Positions 10,252 through 18,111 are shown, counted from the stretch's first letter. The stretch: 30,802 nucleotides of DNA from a virus (IMGVR_UViG_3300020464_000016:1-30802); one strand, 5' to 3'. Notes: generated from the sequence alone by a model not told the origin. Numbers and translations: made by a program.

Positions 10252-11388
10252 TCAGACAGTCAGGACGACACCAGCGGTTTCAGTACCGACGGTGGTAGCA
10301 GTCAGATCGGTGGAGGCACCAGAGGAATCACCACCAGCGTGGATGGCGACAGCGCCAGCACAGTTCAGGTGAGATGCACCCATAGCCAAGCGTCCCACGA
10401 CCAGATCACCCTGGTACATGATCGACACGTCACCAGAAGTGGTTTGAACGGAAGGACCAATTGCCTCAACCACACCCACAGAATCCTTGTGCATGATAAT
10501 GCCTTGGAGGTTCTGGTTTGCAGCGAAGCTGTAGTCGTTGTTCTCACCATCAGTGTGAGTCGAAGCGCTAGTGCCAGTAGGCAGGTTGTTGGAGCGCAGG
10601 ATCTTGATGCCAGCGATGCTGACCAGACCGTCACCGTTCTGCAAGGAAGAACCAACCACGTCGCGGTTGATCAGTGCAGCGTCAACCTTAGTAATCAGGT
10701 CATAGTAGCTAGCGGGAGGGAGAATAGCAACACGTCCTTCAGCAGGCACGTTGGTTTCATCAAAGCGAGTAGCTGCTGCAAAGAATGCATCAACCATCTT
10801 CTGAGCGTGACCAGCAGCACCTTGGATGTTAGCGTTGCCGATCTCGATACGAGCACCAGCGAACTGACCAGACACAGCGCGACCCTGTTGGGAAGCAATA
10901 GCGGCAGCACGGAAGATTTTCTTATCGTATGCATTTGCGAGGCTGTAGCCAAGCTTGCGTGCGATTTCACCGCGCAGGTCATAGTGAGCCAGAATTTCGT
11001 CAAGGTCATCAACGAAAGTCGAAGCGATCAGCAAATCATCCATGATGATCGTCTTTTCAGCCACGTCGAGCTGGTTAGCAGTGCCACTAGCTTCAGTAGA
11101 CTCACCGAGAATCGCCTTACCAGGAGTATGGTAGTAAGCATCCAGAACGCCGGTGAAGATGAACTGCATTGATTTGCCGCTCTTAAGAGTACGGCGGGTG
11201 CAGAGATCTTTGGCGATAGTTTTGTTCTGATAAGCCTTGAACAGCTCACCGCTGAACAGCTTCAGATACGTAGAATATTTGCCGGATTGGATACCAGCAT
11301 CATAACCCTGAGTATTAGAGTTAAAAGTAAGAGATCCAGTCAGTGCAGGCGTAGCGCCATACATACCGGATACAACTTGGTTAGACAT
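10252..11388 (-). CDS. gp10: Major capsid protein
   Basis: 'YLKLFSGELFKAY', 'RTLKSGKSMQF', 'IIMDDLLI', 'YQGDLVVGRLAMG' are characteristic of T7-like cyanophage capsids. Confidence 0.95.
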   Translation of the reverse strand: MSNQVVSGMYGATPALTGSLTFNSNTQGYDAGIQSGKYSTYLKLFSGELFKAYQNKTIAKDLCTRRTLKSGKSMQFIFTGVLDAYYHTPGKAILGESTEASGTANQLDVAEKTIIMDDLLIASTFVDDLDEILAHYDLRGEIARKLGYSLANAYDKKIFRAAAIASQQGRAVSGQFAGARIEIGNANIQGAAGHAQKMVDAFFAAATRFDETNVPAEGRVAILPPASYYDLITKVDAALINRDVVGSSLQNGDGLVSIAGIKILRSNNLPTGTSASTHTDGENNDYSFAANQNLQGIIMHKDSVGVVEAIGPSVQTTSGDVSIMYQGDLVVGRLAMGASHLNCAGAVAIHAGGDSSGASTDLTATTVGTETAGVVLTV

Positions 11389-11399
11389 TGTATTGTTTT

Positions 11400-11545
11400 A
11401 AAAGAAGGTTTACGTTTACCTTCAAGCGCTTGAAGTATTCAATTTGTATTGTGGTCTATCCCACCGTCTAGACGGCAGCAAGGTATCCGCGTACGGGCTT
11501 GATGCCAATGCAAGGGAGGTCCGACTCTGAGGTGCCTCCCAAGCT
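11400..11545 (-). promoter_or_regulatory. Structured 5' leader of the capsid gene (several hairpins and palindromes)
   Basis: GGGAGG..CCTCCC stem (11514-11540); GGCATCAAG/CTTGCTGCC stem with a UACG-capped inner helix (11474-11506); palindromes CCGTCTAGACGG (11464-11475) and CTTCAAGCGCTTGAAG (11420-11435). Confidence 0.5.
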
Positions 11546-11546
11546 G

Positions 11547-12128
11547 TTAAATAAAGTAGCCCATACTAGTGGGCCGTTTCTCTAGCTGTTTCTGTTTGAA
11601 CCTTGTATACATACGCTCTGCCTCTTCAGCCCTTCGATCGTAATGAGGAATACTTGGCTTGAAGTAGGTGCGAGTAAAGTATTCAGATGCTTCAGAAGCT
11701 GAACCAAAGCGATCGGGATTATCGAAAGCTCTAGTATAACCAGACAGTGATGCACCGTTTGGATCATGTTGTCCACCATACTCTTGTGCAAAGTAAAGTA
11801 GTTGAGAACTCATAAGGTTAGGATCTAACCCAGTTCTCATCCACGATTCTCTTTGTGAATCATATGCTTTCCTACGCGGTCCAGTATATTGTGATAAACC
11901 ACGACCAGCAGCGTAGCCACGCTCAACCACATCCAATTGCATGAGGTTGGGGTCACCGGTCTCGACAGCCCAAGAGCCTAAGAGACCAGCCGCAGCTTGT
12001 GCGCTGAATGGTCGTGGGATTCTGCCACCAGAGTCTTGAACAACTTGAGGTGACATCAGATACGTGAAAGCCGCATCGATGTTTCTGTAATCCTGTTGGG
12101 ATATTTGTGGAGGTTGTTGTTCAGACAT
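11547..12128 (-). CDS. Phage lysozyme-like (Phage_lysozyme2 / tail-type lysozyme) peptidoglycan hydrolase
   Basis: 'AAAGLLGSWAVETG', 'GRGLSQYTGPRR', 'QLLYFAQE', 'ASEYFTRTYFKP...RRAEEA' follow the pattern of this family. ATG at 12128 is preferred over the TTG at 12155. Confidence 0.65.
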   Translation of the reverse strand: MSEQQPPQISQQDYRNIDAAFTYLMSPQVVQDSGGRIPRPFSAQAAAGLLGSWAVETGDPNLMQLDVVERGYAAGRGLSQYTGPRRKAYDSQRESWMRTGLDPNLMSSQLLYFAQEYGGQHDPNGASLSGYTRAFDNPDRFGSASEASEYFTRTYFKPSIPHYDRRAEEAERMYTRFKQKQLEKRPTSMGYFI

Positions 12129-12151
12129 AGTAGCATAAAGGACAAATTCTA

Positions 12152-12265
12152 TCAACTGTAAACTTTGTTTTTAACAAGATAGGTAACGCCGCGATACTTC
12201 AGCTTCGCTGCTTTGTCAGCGGCTTTTTGCTCTTTGAGTCGAGCTTGCAGTTCAACATTAGGCAT
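12152..12265 (-). CDS. DUF4278-like small peptide (37 aa)
   Basis: Manual translation MPNVELQARLKEQKAADKAAKLKYRGVTYLVKNKVYS carries the L.YRGV.Y signature. GGAG RBS at 12272-12275; lies directly downstream of the riboswitch-like motif. Confidence 0.75.
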   Translation of the reverse strand: MPNVELQARLKEQKAADKAAKLKYRGVTYLVKNKVYS

Positions 12266-12283
12266 GTTAATCTCCATTGAAGT

Positions 12284-12506
12284 ATCACACCCCCGTTCCA
12301 TGGTGTGAGTGTTATGCGTCCAGCATGTAAGTCTCCTCTAAGAGTACACGTTGCAGACTATCTTTTAAATACTCATAGTATTGCTGCTCCACTGGGTCTC
12401 CACCTGGCCAGTTTTTGTGGGCAAAGGTGACAGCCTTGTGGAGCATTCGCAAAGAGGTGACTGTAAATTGTAGCTCGTAGATGCTTTCTTCCATGTTGGA
12501 TGAACG
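12284..12506 (-). ncRNA. Downstream-peptide (glutamine-II) riboswitch-like element, interrupted by a nested ORF
   Basis: 5' half CGTTCATCC (12498-12506); 3' half GGACGCA...TCACACC-ATGGAACGGG-GGTGTGA (12285-12321). CGTTC is complementary to GAACG. Upstream of a YRG-peptide ORF, the known context of this motif. Confidence 0.65.
12312..12494 (-). CDS. Hypothetical cyanophage protein (60 aa, 'WPGGDP.EQ' motif), nested in the riboswitch-like RNA
   Basis: ORF-track ORF with ATG start and plausible helical composition; I recall the motif from other cyanophage small proteins (unverified). Confidence 0.65.
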   Translation of the reverse strand: MEESIYELQFTVTSLRMLHKAVTFAHKNWPGGDPVEQQYYEYLKDSLQRVLLEETYMLDA

Positions 12507-12514
12507 TACGTTAC

Positions 12515-12883
12515 TTAGAAGGAATATTTAAACCCGGCTTTAGTCCCAACTCCAAGCCCTTCGACTTCGAGACCTTCAGAGGTGATAGCAGAGACTTCGC
12601 CATAGGCGGAGAGACGCTTAGTAACACCGACATTCAGGCCGACTTTACCAGAGGCAGCGCCAACTTGCTCAGCGTCATCAGGAAAGGACACAGCAGGTCC
12701 ACCCTGAATATACCAGCTGGAGCTAGAACCGAGAGCATTCTCATAACCCACATGGGTTTCGAGCAGAGCACCTTGGTAGTCCTCACCGGACCAACCTTGG
12801 TTTGCTTCAACGTTTACATAGACACCAGCTGCAGCGGGAGCAGCGAAGGCAAGAGTAGAGATAATAAGGAGGGCGTTTTTCAT
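12515..12883 (-). CDS. Small outer-membrane beta-barrel-like protein with signal peptide
   Basis: N-terminal signal peptide (MKNALLIISTLAFAAPAAA), alternating Gly/aromatic beta-strands, and a C-terminal 'GFKYSF' beta-signal ending in Phe. Confidence 0.7.
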   Translation of the reverse strand: MKNALLIISTLAFAAPAAAGVYVNVEANQGWSGEDYQGALLETHVGYENALGSSSSWYIQGGPAVSFPDDAEQVGAASGKVGLNVGVTKRLSAYGEVSAITSEGLEVEGLGVGTKAGFKYSF

Positions 12884-12972
12884 TTCTTTTTAGTAGATTT
12901 CTTTTTAGCGTTTTCTGCAGCTTTCATCCCCGCTGCAGTGTAGGGATATTTTTTACCACCAACTTTAGGCAT
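12880..12972 (-). CDS. Lys-rich microprotein (30 aa)
   Basis: Manual translation MPKVGGKKYPYTAAGMKAAENAKKKSTKKK. Stop overlaps the next ATG (ATGA); start overlaps the end of the previous ORF. Confidence 0.6.
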   Translation of the reverse strand: MPKVGGKKYPYTAAGMKAAENAKKKSTKKK

Positions 12973-13120
12973 TTTTTTTCTTAGCAGTTTTTGCAGATCG
13001 TTTGAAATTGGCTGCCGTAGGAGCACCTTTGCTCCCAGGCTTCCTCATTTTTTCACCACTACCTTTTGCGATACGTTCGCGCTTGGCGTGGATGTTTGCA
13101 TACAATCCTTGTTTAGCCAT
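12965..13120 (-). CDS. Basic microprotein (51 aa)
   Basis: Manual translation MAKQGLYANIHAKRERIAKGSGEKMRKPGSKGAPTAANFKRSAKTAKKKNA. TAATG overlap with the hli stop; I recognise 'GLYANIHAKR' as a recurrent marine phage peptide. Confidence 0.7.
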   Translation of the reverse strand: MAKQGLYANIHAKRERIAKGSGEKMRKPGSKGAPTAANFKRSAKTAKKKNA

Positions 13121-13290
13121 TACCAGAATCCTGGAATAAGTTGACCGGTTACAGCATAGGAGCCGATCGCAGCGATGACTCCCAGCATAGCCAGGCGCCC
13201 GTTAAGGCGCTCAGCTTTTTCGTTATGTGGGACTGAGTTTTCGTCGATGTACATACGTGGTTCGGTGGGCCAGATTTGTGTGTCGTTCAT
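13120..13290 (-). CDS. hli: High light inducible protein (56 aa)
   Basis: Manual translation [56 protein letters not shown] contains the AExxNGRxAMxG chlorophyll-binding motif and the TGQxxPG tail. TAATG overlap with psbA. Confidence 0.95.
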   Translation of the reverse strand: MNDTQIWPTEPRMYIDENSVPHNEKAERLNGRLAMLGVIAAIGSYAVTGQLIPGFW

Positions 13291-14369
13291 TAAGCAATAG
13301 CGGGTGCAGTGAGAGCAATGGGAGTGGACTCAGCAGCTGCCAAGTCAAGAGGGAAGTTGTGAGCATTACGTTCATGCATCACCTCCATCCCCAAACCTTG
13401 ACGGTTCAGAATGTCAGCCCAAGTAGGAATGACACGGTTAGAACTGTCAATGATAGATTGATTAAAGTTGAATCCATTAAGATTGAATGCCATAGTGCTT
13501 ACCCCCAAAGAAGTAAACCAAATACCAACAACTGGCCAAGCAGCAAGAAAGAAATGCAGACTGCGTGAGTTGTTGAAGCTGGCGTATTGAAAAATGAGTC
13601 TACCAAAGTAACCATGAGCTGCTACAATATTGTACGTTTCTTCCTCCTGGCCAAACTTGTAGCCTTGGTTCTGACTAACCGTTTCAGTTGTCTCGCGAAC
13701 CAAAGAAGAAGTAACAAGGGAACCATGCATAGCTGAAAACAGACTACCGCCAAAAACGCCAGCGACCCCAAGCATATGGAAAGGGTGCATAAGAATGTTA
13801 TGCTCAGCCTGAAATACCAACATGTAGTTGAAGGTACCCGAGATTCCCAGCGGCATTCCATCAGAAAAAGAGCCCTGTCCGAAAGGGTAGACAAGAAATA
13901 CAGCTGTTGCAGCAGCGACTGGTGCAGAATATGCGACAAAGATCCAGGGCCTCATCCCAAGTCGGTAACTAAGTTCCCATTCGCGTCCCATATAAGCGAA
14001 GACGCCAAGGAGAAAGTGGAAGACAACAAGCTGGTATGGTCCTCCGTTGTAGAGCCATTCACTGAGTGAGTTGGCTTCCCAGATGGGGTAAAAGTGGAGC
14101 CCGATTGCGTTACTAGAGGGTACGACGGCTCCTGAAATGATGTTGTTTCCATAGAGGAGTGCTCCTGAAACTGGTTCTCTAATTCCATCGATGTCTACTG
14201 GAGGTGCAGCGATAAACGCAATGATAAAGCAGGTAGTTGCGGCAAGCAACGCGGGGATCATCAAGACCCCGAAGTGTCCGACGTAAAGTCGGTTGTCAGT
14301 ACTTGTCACCCAGTTGAGATAGTTATCCCACAGTGATGACTGCTGACGTGTAGCAATAGTAGCAGCCAT
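13290..14369 (-). CDS. psbA: Photosystem II reaction centre protein D1
   Basis: Full-length D1 with Y161, D170, E189, H190, H198, H215, H272, H332, E333, D342, A344 intact; Glu130 form; no intron. Confidence 0.99.
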   Translation of the reverse strand: MAATIATRQQSSLWDNYLNWVTSTDNRLYVGHFGVLMIPALLAATTCFIIAFIAAPPVDIDGIREPVSGALLYGNNIISGAVVPSSNAIGLHFYPIWEANSLSEWLYNGGPYQLVVFHFLLGVFAYMGREWELSYRLGMRPWIFVAYSAPVAAATAVFLVYPFGQGSFSDGMPLGISGTFNYMLVFQAEHNILMHPFHMLGVAGVFGGSLFSAMHGSLVTSSLVRETTETVSQNQGYKFGQEEETYNIVAAHGYFGRLIFQYASFNNSRSLHFFLAAWPVVGIWFTSLGVSTMAFNLNGFNFNQSIIDSSNRVIPTWADILNRQGLGMEVMHERNAHNFPLDLAAAESTPIALTAPAIA

Positions 14370-14380
14370 TTATTTAAAAA

Positions 14381-15121
14381 TTAAAATTCAAGGTTAGGGG
14401 AGTTAGCAAGTTTGTTCATGACATCGTTGCGATAAGCAGGATCATTCTCATACTTAGGATCATTCATGTCACGGATCAACTCTTGCTGACTTCGATAAGA
14501 TTGATTATTTATAGCTTGGCGACCGGTCAAGGTAGTACCTTCTTGGCCATTGGCGTCGAAGAAACGTTTGGCAACTGCATCAACTGCCATATTAATCTGG
14601 GTCACATTTGCTGAATCAATGATTTGATCAAATTGTTGGATTTCTTCTGGAGGAAAGACTGATGCTGCCCACCTCATCATCTGTTCGTACTGCTCTTGTC
14701 CACCAACTCTACCAACAACATCGGTAATCTGTTGGTCGGAAAGATCAGCCGGAGCTTCTGAGTTATCAAAGAAAGCTTTGATCAGGTCTTCCTTTGAAAC
14801 ATCGTTAAAAGCTTCTGCGTTGAATTGTTTTTCGTTTGTGTAAGCCTCAAATGCCTCAGCCAGTTTGTCTCCAACAGAGGATGGTTGTTCAAACTGTTGT
14901 TGCTGTTCAGGTTGTTGAGGGTTTGGGTTTTGCTCACTAAATTTAGTTTGCAATTCCAGATAACCACGTTCGAGATCCTCTGCGGATTTATATTTACCAG
15001 CCAAAAGTTGGTTCTCAGCTTGAGAAAGTTGCTCACCAATTTCTAGTGAGCTAGCTTCATCAGCTGCTTGAGCTTCTGACTGTTCGGCAGGTACACTGCC
15101 ATCAAATTGCATTTCAGACAT
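14381..15121 (-). CDS. gp9: Capsid assembly scaffolding protein
   Basis: Acidic; 'LLAGKYKSAEDLERGYLELQ', 'VGGQEQYEQMMRWA', 'MNDPKYENDPAYRNDV'; follows portal. Confidence 0.92.
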   Translation of the reverse strand: MSEMQFDGSVPAEQSEAQAADEASSLEIGEQLSQAENQLLAGKYKSAEDLERGYLELQTKFSEQNPNPQQPEQQQQFEQPSSVGDKLAEAFEAYTNEKQFNAEAFNDVSKEDLIKAFFDNSEAPADLSDQQITDVVGRVGGQEQYEQMMRWAASVFPPEEIQQFDQIIDSANVTQINMAVDAVAKRFFDANGQEGTTLTGRQAINNQSYRSQQELIRDMNDPKYENDPAYRNDVMNKLANSPNLEF

Positions 15122-15248
15122 TGGGGCGAGTTACTTTAATATTTGGTTTGACTTTTCCATCCACAGTAACAGTTTTAGTTTCTTCAGATTTCTGTGGATT
15201 CGGGGAGGTCTTCGGCGTCTCCTTCCTGGGGTTCTTGGATGTTCTCAT
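15114..15248 (-). CDS. Possible small basic protein (44 aa) bridging portal and scaffold
   Basis: Manual translation MRTSKNPRKETPKTSPNPQKSEETKTVTVDGKVKPNIKVTRPNV spans the intergenic gap and overlaps both neighbours. Confidence 0.4.
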   Translation of the reverse strand: MRTSKNPRKETPKTSPNPQKSEETKTVTVDGKVKPNIKVTRPNV

Positions 15249-16779
15249 TTTTAGAGGGATCGAGTAGTGGAGCTTTGGCTAGCTGTCCAGCCTGTTGCAG
15301 AATCGTCATGTCCTGCTGCTGTTGCATAGCTGCCTCTTGCTCTTCCTGCATCTGATCCATAGACTTAACCAGGTTAAGAACGTCGATGCCTTGTGCAGCT
15401 GCGAGGCGTTTGATGGCTTCGTCAGCGTTAACGAAATTGACCAGTGCTTCAGGTCCAAGTGTGGATGCAATAGTTTGCAGGAACATAGTCAAGGATTGTT
15501 GATCTTGACCACGACCAAGACTATTAATGCCAGCAACAATAGTTGGATTAACAATATCTTTGGGGTAGCGTGGTAGCTCACCGGTACGTTGAAGCACCAG
15601 CAGTTTACGATTAAGATAAGGGACTAGGAACTCTACAGTCAGCAGGGAGAACAGTCCCCCAAGGCTGGATTCAAGTTCTAGTTGAGTCAACCTAATTTCT
15701 TCGGCTGTGACGCGTTCCGCTCGCCGTGGATTCATTACTAGGAATGCTTCCAGTAGCCTACGTTCGTAGTCACCAATCATGGCAGCAGCGGTAGAGAAGT
15801 CCATCGACTTTCCAACTTGCACCACACCGATGTCATCAGGACGGCCTGCAATGATAGCACCATTGCCAGCAGCGGCTAGTGCCTGCGGCTTGGTCATGCT
15901 GCTTGGGGAGACCGTGAACACCACCTTAGCAGCTGCAGCGCTGCCTTCGACCAGTGCTTGTGACAGTGCGTCAAGTGACTTGAAGTCGCCCAGGAATTCC
16001 CCCACGCGTCCACGTCCATAACTCTCACCGTCAACAGTATTGAATCTCAATGCGAGCCAGGGAGATGCATCCTTAGGAGCTTTGCCTTGGCTACCAGGAA
16101 TGATTTGATCATAAGCTTCCTGGTGCCACACCCAACGGTTGCCTTGCAGCACTACGTGAGTGTACACTTCACATTCTTTTTCATAGGACACACTGTTGTC
16201 AGTGTCTCCGTTCATTTCTCTTGCTTGCTGTGCTTTAGCTTTGAAGTTATCAGGCAGCAAGTCTTCATGGATCAGTTCTTTTGTGACAATCTCTATCACA
16301 TTTCCGTTGCCGTCTCTGTCTATGACATAACGGTTGAGCGGGTAGTGTTTGACACCAGCCTTACCCATAAACAACAACGCGTTACCGCCCACAACAAGGT
16401 GCTTGATTGCTTGGTGAATCGTGACACGATCACTGGATGCTGCAATGCTATCCATCACCATGCGCTCCATCTTAGCAAAGCTTAGATCAAGTTCGGATCG
16501 TACTTCAGCTGGGAGCTCATCTCCAAGCTTGTCGTCACGAATCTGGAACTTAAAAAATGTGGTTTGTGGTGGTAACAAAGCAAGCATTAGTTTACTTGCC
16601 AGAGTTACCACGCACTTAGCACCAACACTTTGCCAGGGAGTTTTAACCTTGTTAAATGTAGTACGAGTTACGTCATCAATGATGAGGTAAGGTAGAGTCA
16701 ACCGGGCACACTCAACCGCTTCGTCTAGAAACTGCTGCCGGTATGATGTGAGGCGACTGTATCTGTTACGAGCGGTCAT
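15184..16779 (-). CDS. gp8: Head-tail connector (portal) protein
   Basis: 'PWQSVGAKCVVTLASKLMLALLPP', 'GESYGRG', 'AERVTAEEIR', 'LGRGQD' match T7 gp8. Confidence 0.96.
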   Translation of the reverse strand: MTARNRYSRLTSYRQQFLDEAVECARLTLPYLIIDDVTRTTFNKVKTPWQSVGAKCVVTLASKLMLALLPPQTTFFKFQIRDDKLGDELPAEVRSELDLSFAKMERMVMDSIAASSDRVTIHQAIKHLVVGGNALLFMGKAGVKHYPLNRYVIDRDGNGNVIEIVTKELIHEDLLPDNFKAKAQQAREMNGDTDNSVSYEKECEVYTHVVLQGNRWVWHQEAYDQIIPGSQGKAPKDASPWLALRFNTVDGESYGRGRVGEFLGDFKSLDALSQALVEGSAAAAKVVFTVSPSSMTKPQALAAAGNGAIIAGRPDDIGVVQVGKSMDFSTAAAMIGDYERRLLEAFLVMNPRRAERVTAEEIRLTQLELESSLGGLFSLLTVEFLVPYLNRKLLVLQRTGELPRYPKDIVNPTIVAGINSLGRGQDQQSLTMFLQTIASTLGPEALVNFVNADEAIKRLAAAQGIDVLNLVKSMDQMQEEQEAAMQQQQDMTILQQAGQLAKAPLLDPSKNENIQEPQEGDAEDLPESTEI

Positions 16780-16785
16780 TGTTTA

Positions 16786-17232
16786 TCAGGCCATGTTGAT
16801 TGATGCGCCAATTGGTTTGGCTTGCAGTGAGCTATCACCAGTACCACCGAGATAGCCGCTGGCTTGCAGCACGTTAGTGTTGCGTACGCCAGATTGTTGT
16901 GCACGTTTCTGTGTCTTAGATCGAGCACCACGTGGACCAGCATTAGCTGCCTTCAGTGTGCTGACTAGTTGTTTTGTTTGTGCTTTAGCAGGAGCTGCCT
17001 GGGAGCGTGCCGCTGCTGCTGCTTGTTGCATCTGTTGTTGCATCTGTTGCATCCGCAGTTGGTTGCGACGATTCTGAGCAGCAGCTTGGATGCCACCGCT
17101 GTGCGCTTGCCAGTGCTTCAGTGCGTTCTTTTCTGAGACCGCATTCATGTGGTGAGCTGCGACGCTTGCTGCTTCAGGCAGTCCAGCGTAGGCACCCATG
17201 ACTAGGTTATAAAGTTGTTGCTTTTTGCTCAT
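16786..17232 (-). CDS. Hypothetical Ala/Gln-rich protein, possibly virion-associated (gp7.3 position)
   Basis: 148 aa low-complexity basic ORF immediately upstream of portal; function inferred from position only. Confidence 0.55.
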   Translation of the reverse strand: MSKKQQLYNLVMGAYAGLPEAASVAAHHMNAVSEKNALKHWQAHSGGIQAAAQNRRNQLRMQQMQQQMQQAAAAARSQAAPAKAQTKQLVSTLKAANAGPRGARSKTQKRAQQSGVRNTNVLQASGYLGGTGDSSLQAKPIGASINMA

Positions 17233-17234
17233 GA

Positions 17235-17420
17235 TTAAAATTCCTCTTCTAGTTTCTTGTTCAACCAGTCGATGACTGATCGTTGTCCAGCCCGGTACAT
17301 AATAGTTGACATACTATCGCCAGGGCCGGGGTTGGTTGGGGGGAATGATTCATCAGCTTGGTTGAGCAATGTCCTTACGGTCATGCCGTATGCTTCAAGC
17401 GTATTGAGGGAGATTGACAT
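17235..17420 (-). CDS. Conserved T7-like phage hypothetical protein (61 aa)
   Basis: 'FPPTNPGP...IMYRAGQRSVIDWL' is a motif I recognise upstream of portal in T7-like phages. Confidence 0.7.
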   Translation of the reverse strand: MSISLNTLEAYGMTVRTLLNQADESFPPTNPGPGDSMSTIMYRAGQRSVIDWLNKKLEEEF

Positions 17421-18111
17421 TAGAGTGTTCGAAGAAAGCAGGCATTCTGGCCCGCTGTGTTTCTAAAAGACCTTCGGCTTTCCCTGCGTACATTAAAGAG
17501 TCGCTTTGATCGAGCCAAAATTTTTTGTCTAAATATTTATCGGTAGTATTTATACCTAATGGCTGCATAATCCAGTTAATGGTAGCTTTACGCAGTTTAT
17601 CAAGGGAGGGGGAAATTGTCAAGCCCAGCTCCCTAGAAACCAAGGAATTACATGCAACGTGGACCTGTTCGTCTCGGCTTATGTCAGCACTGACTGTTCG
17701 CATTCCTGGATCACCATTAAATCGCAGGAACGGGAGGAGCACGAAAAAAATCGCACGCTCGGCAACCATCGCTTTGAGGATTGTGTGATCAGGATGAGCA
17801 ACCCACGCGTCTCTGAGTCTGATGGCTTCGGCTTCAGCTTTTTCATCAACCCCGAAAGAATTGGCGATGTAACCGAGAGCAAGGTCGTGCTTTTCCTCGT
17901 CTTTAACGTTGGATAGGAGTAGATCACGCGCCGATTCAGGGACATCATTTTCGAGAGCATCTTGTATAAAATCTCCTACGGGGAGTTCCATGTGCCGTAT
18001 GGCCAGGGCGCGGTAAATCGTTTCTTCCGCGCCTTCGCGCACCTTACCAGCAGTAGTCTGTACTGGAGTCCAGGTGCGCTTTCGATTAAGTAGTTTTGTA
18101 TAAGGGTTCAT
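17395..18111 (-). CDS. nrdB: Ferritin-like protein, putative ribonucleotide reductase beta subunit
   Basis: Two (D)ExxH motifs (DEEKH, DEQVH) plus Glu in 'HMELP' and 'VAERAIFF'. ATG at 18111 overlaps the alpha stop (ATGA). Confidence 0.75.
   Translation of the reverse strand: MNPYTKLLNRKRTWTPVQTTAGKVREGAEETIYRALAIRHMELPVGDFIQDALENDVPESARDLLLSNVKDEEKHDLALGYIANSFGVDEKAEAEAIRLRDAWVAHPDHTILKAMVAERAIFFVLLPFLRFNGDPGMRTVSADISRDEQVHVACNSLVSRELGLTISPSLDKLRKATINWIMQPLGINTTDKYLDKKFWLDQSDSLMYAGKAEGLLETQRARMPAFFEHSNVNLPQYA

Noticed and set aside
10230-10260. T7 gp10B-type capsid frameshift extension
   Set aside because: A terminator follows about 20 nt after the stop and there is no room for an extension domain.
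10339-11172. 277-aa plus-strand ORF
   Set aside because: Antisense shadow of the codon-biased capsid gene; no recognisable protein features.
17010-17055. Short tandem (GCT)n and TGTTGCATC repeats
   Set aside because: Explained by the MQQ/poly-Ala low-complexity coding sequence; not CRISPR-like.
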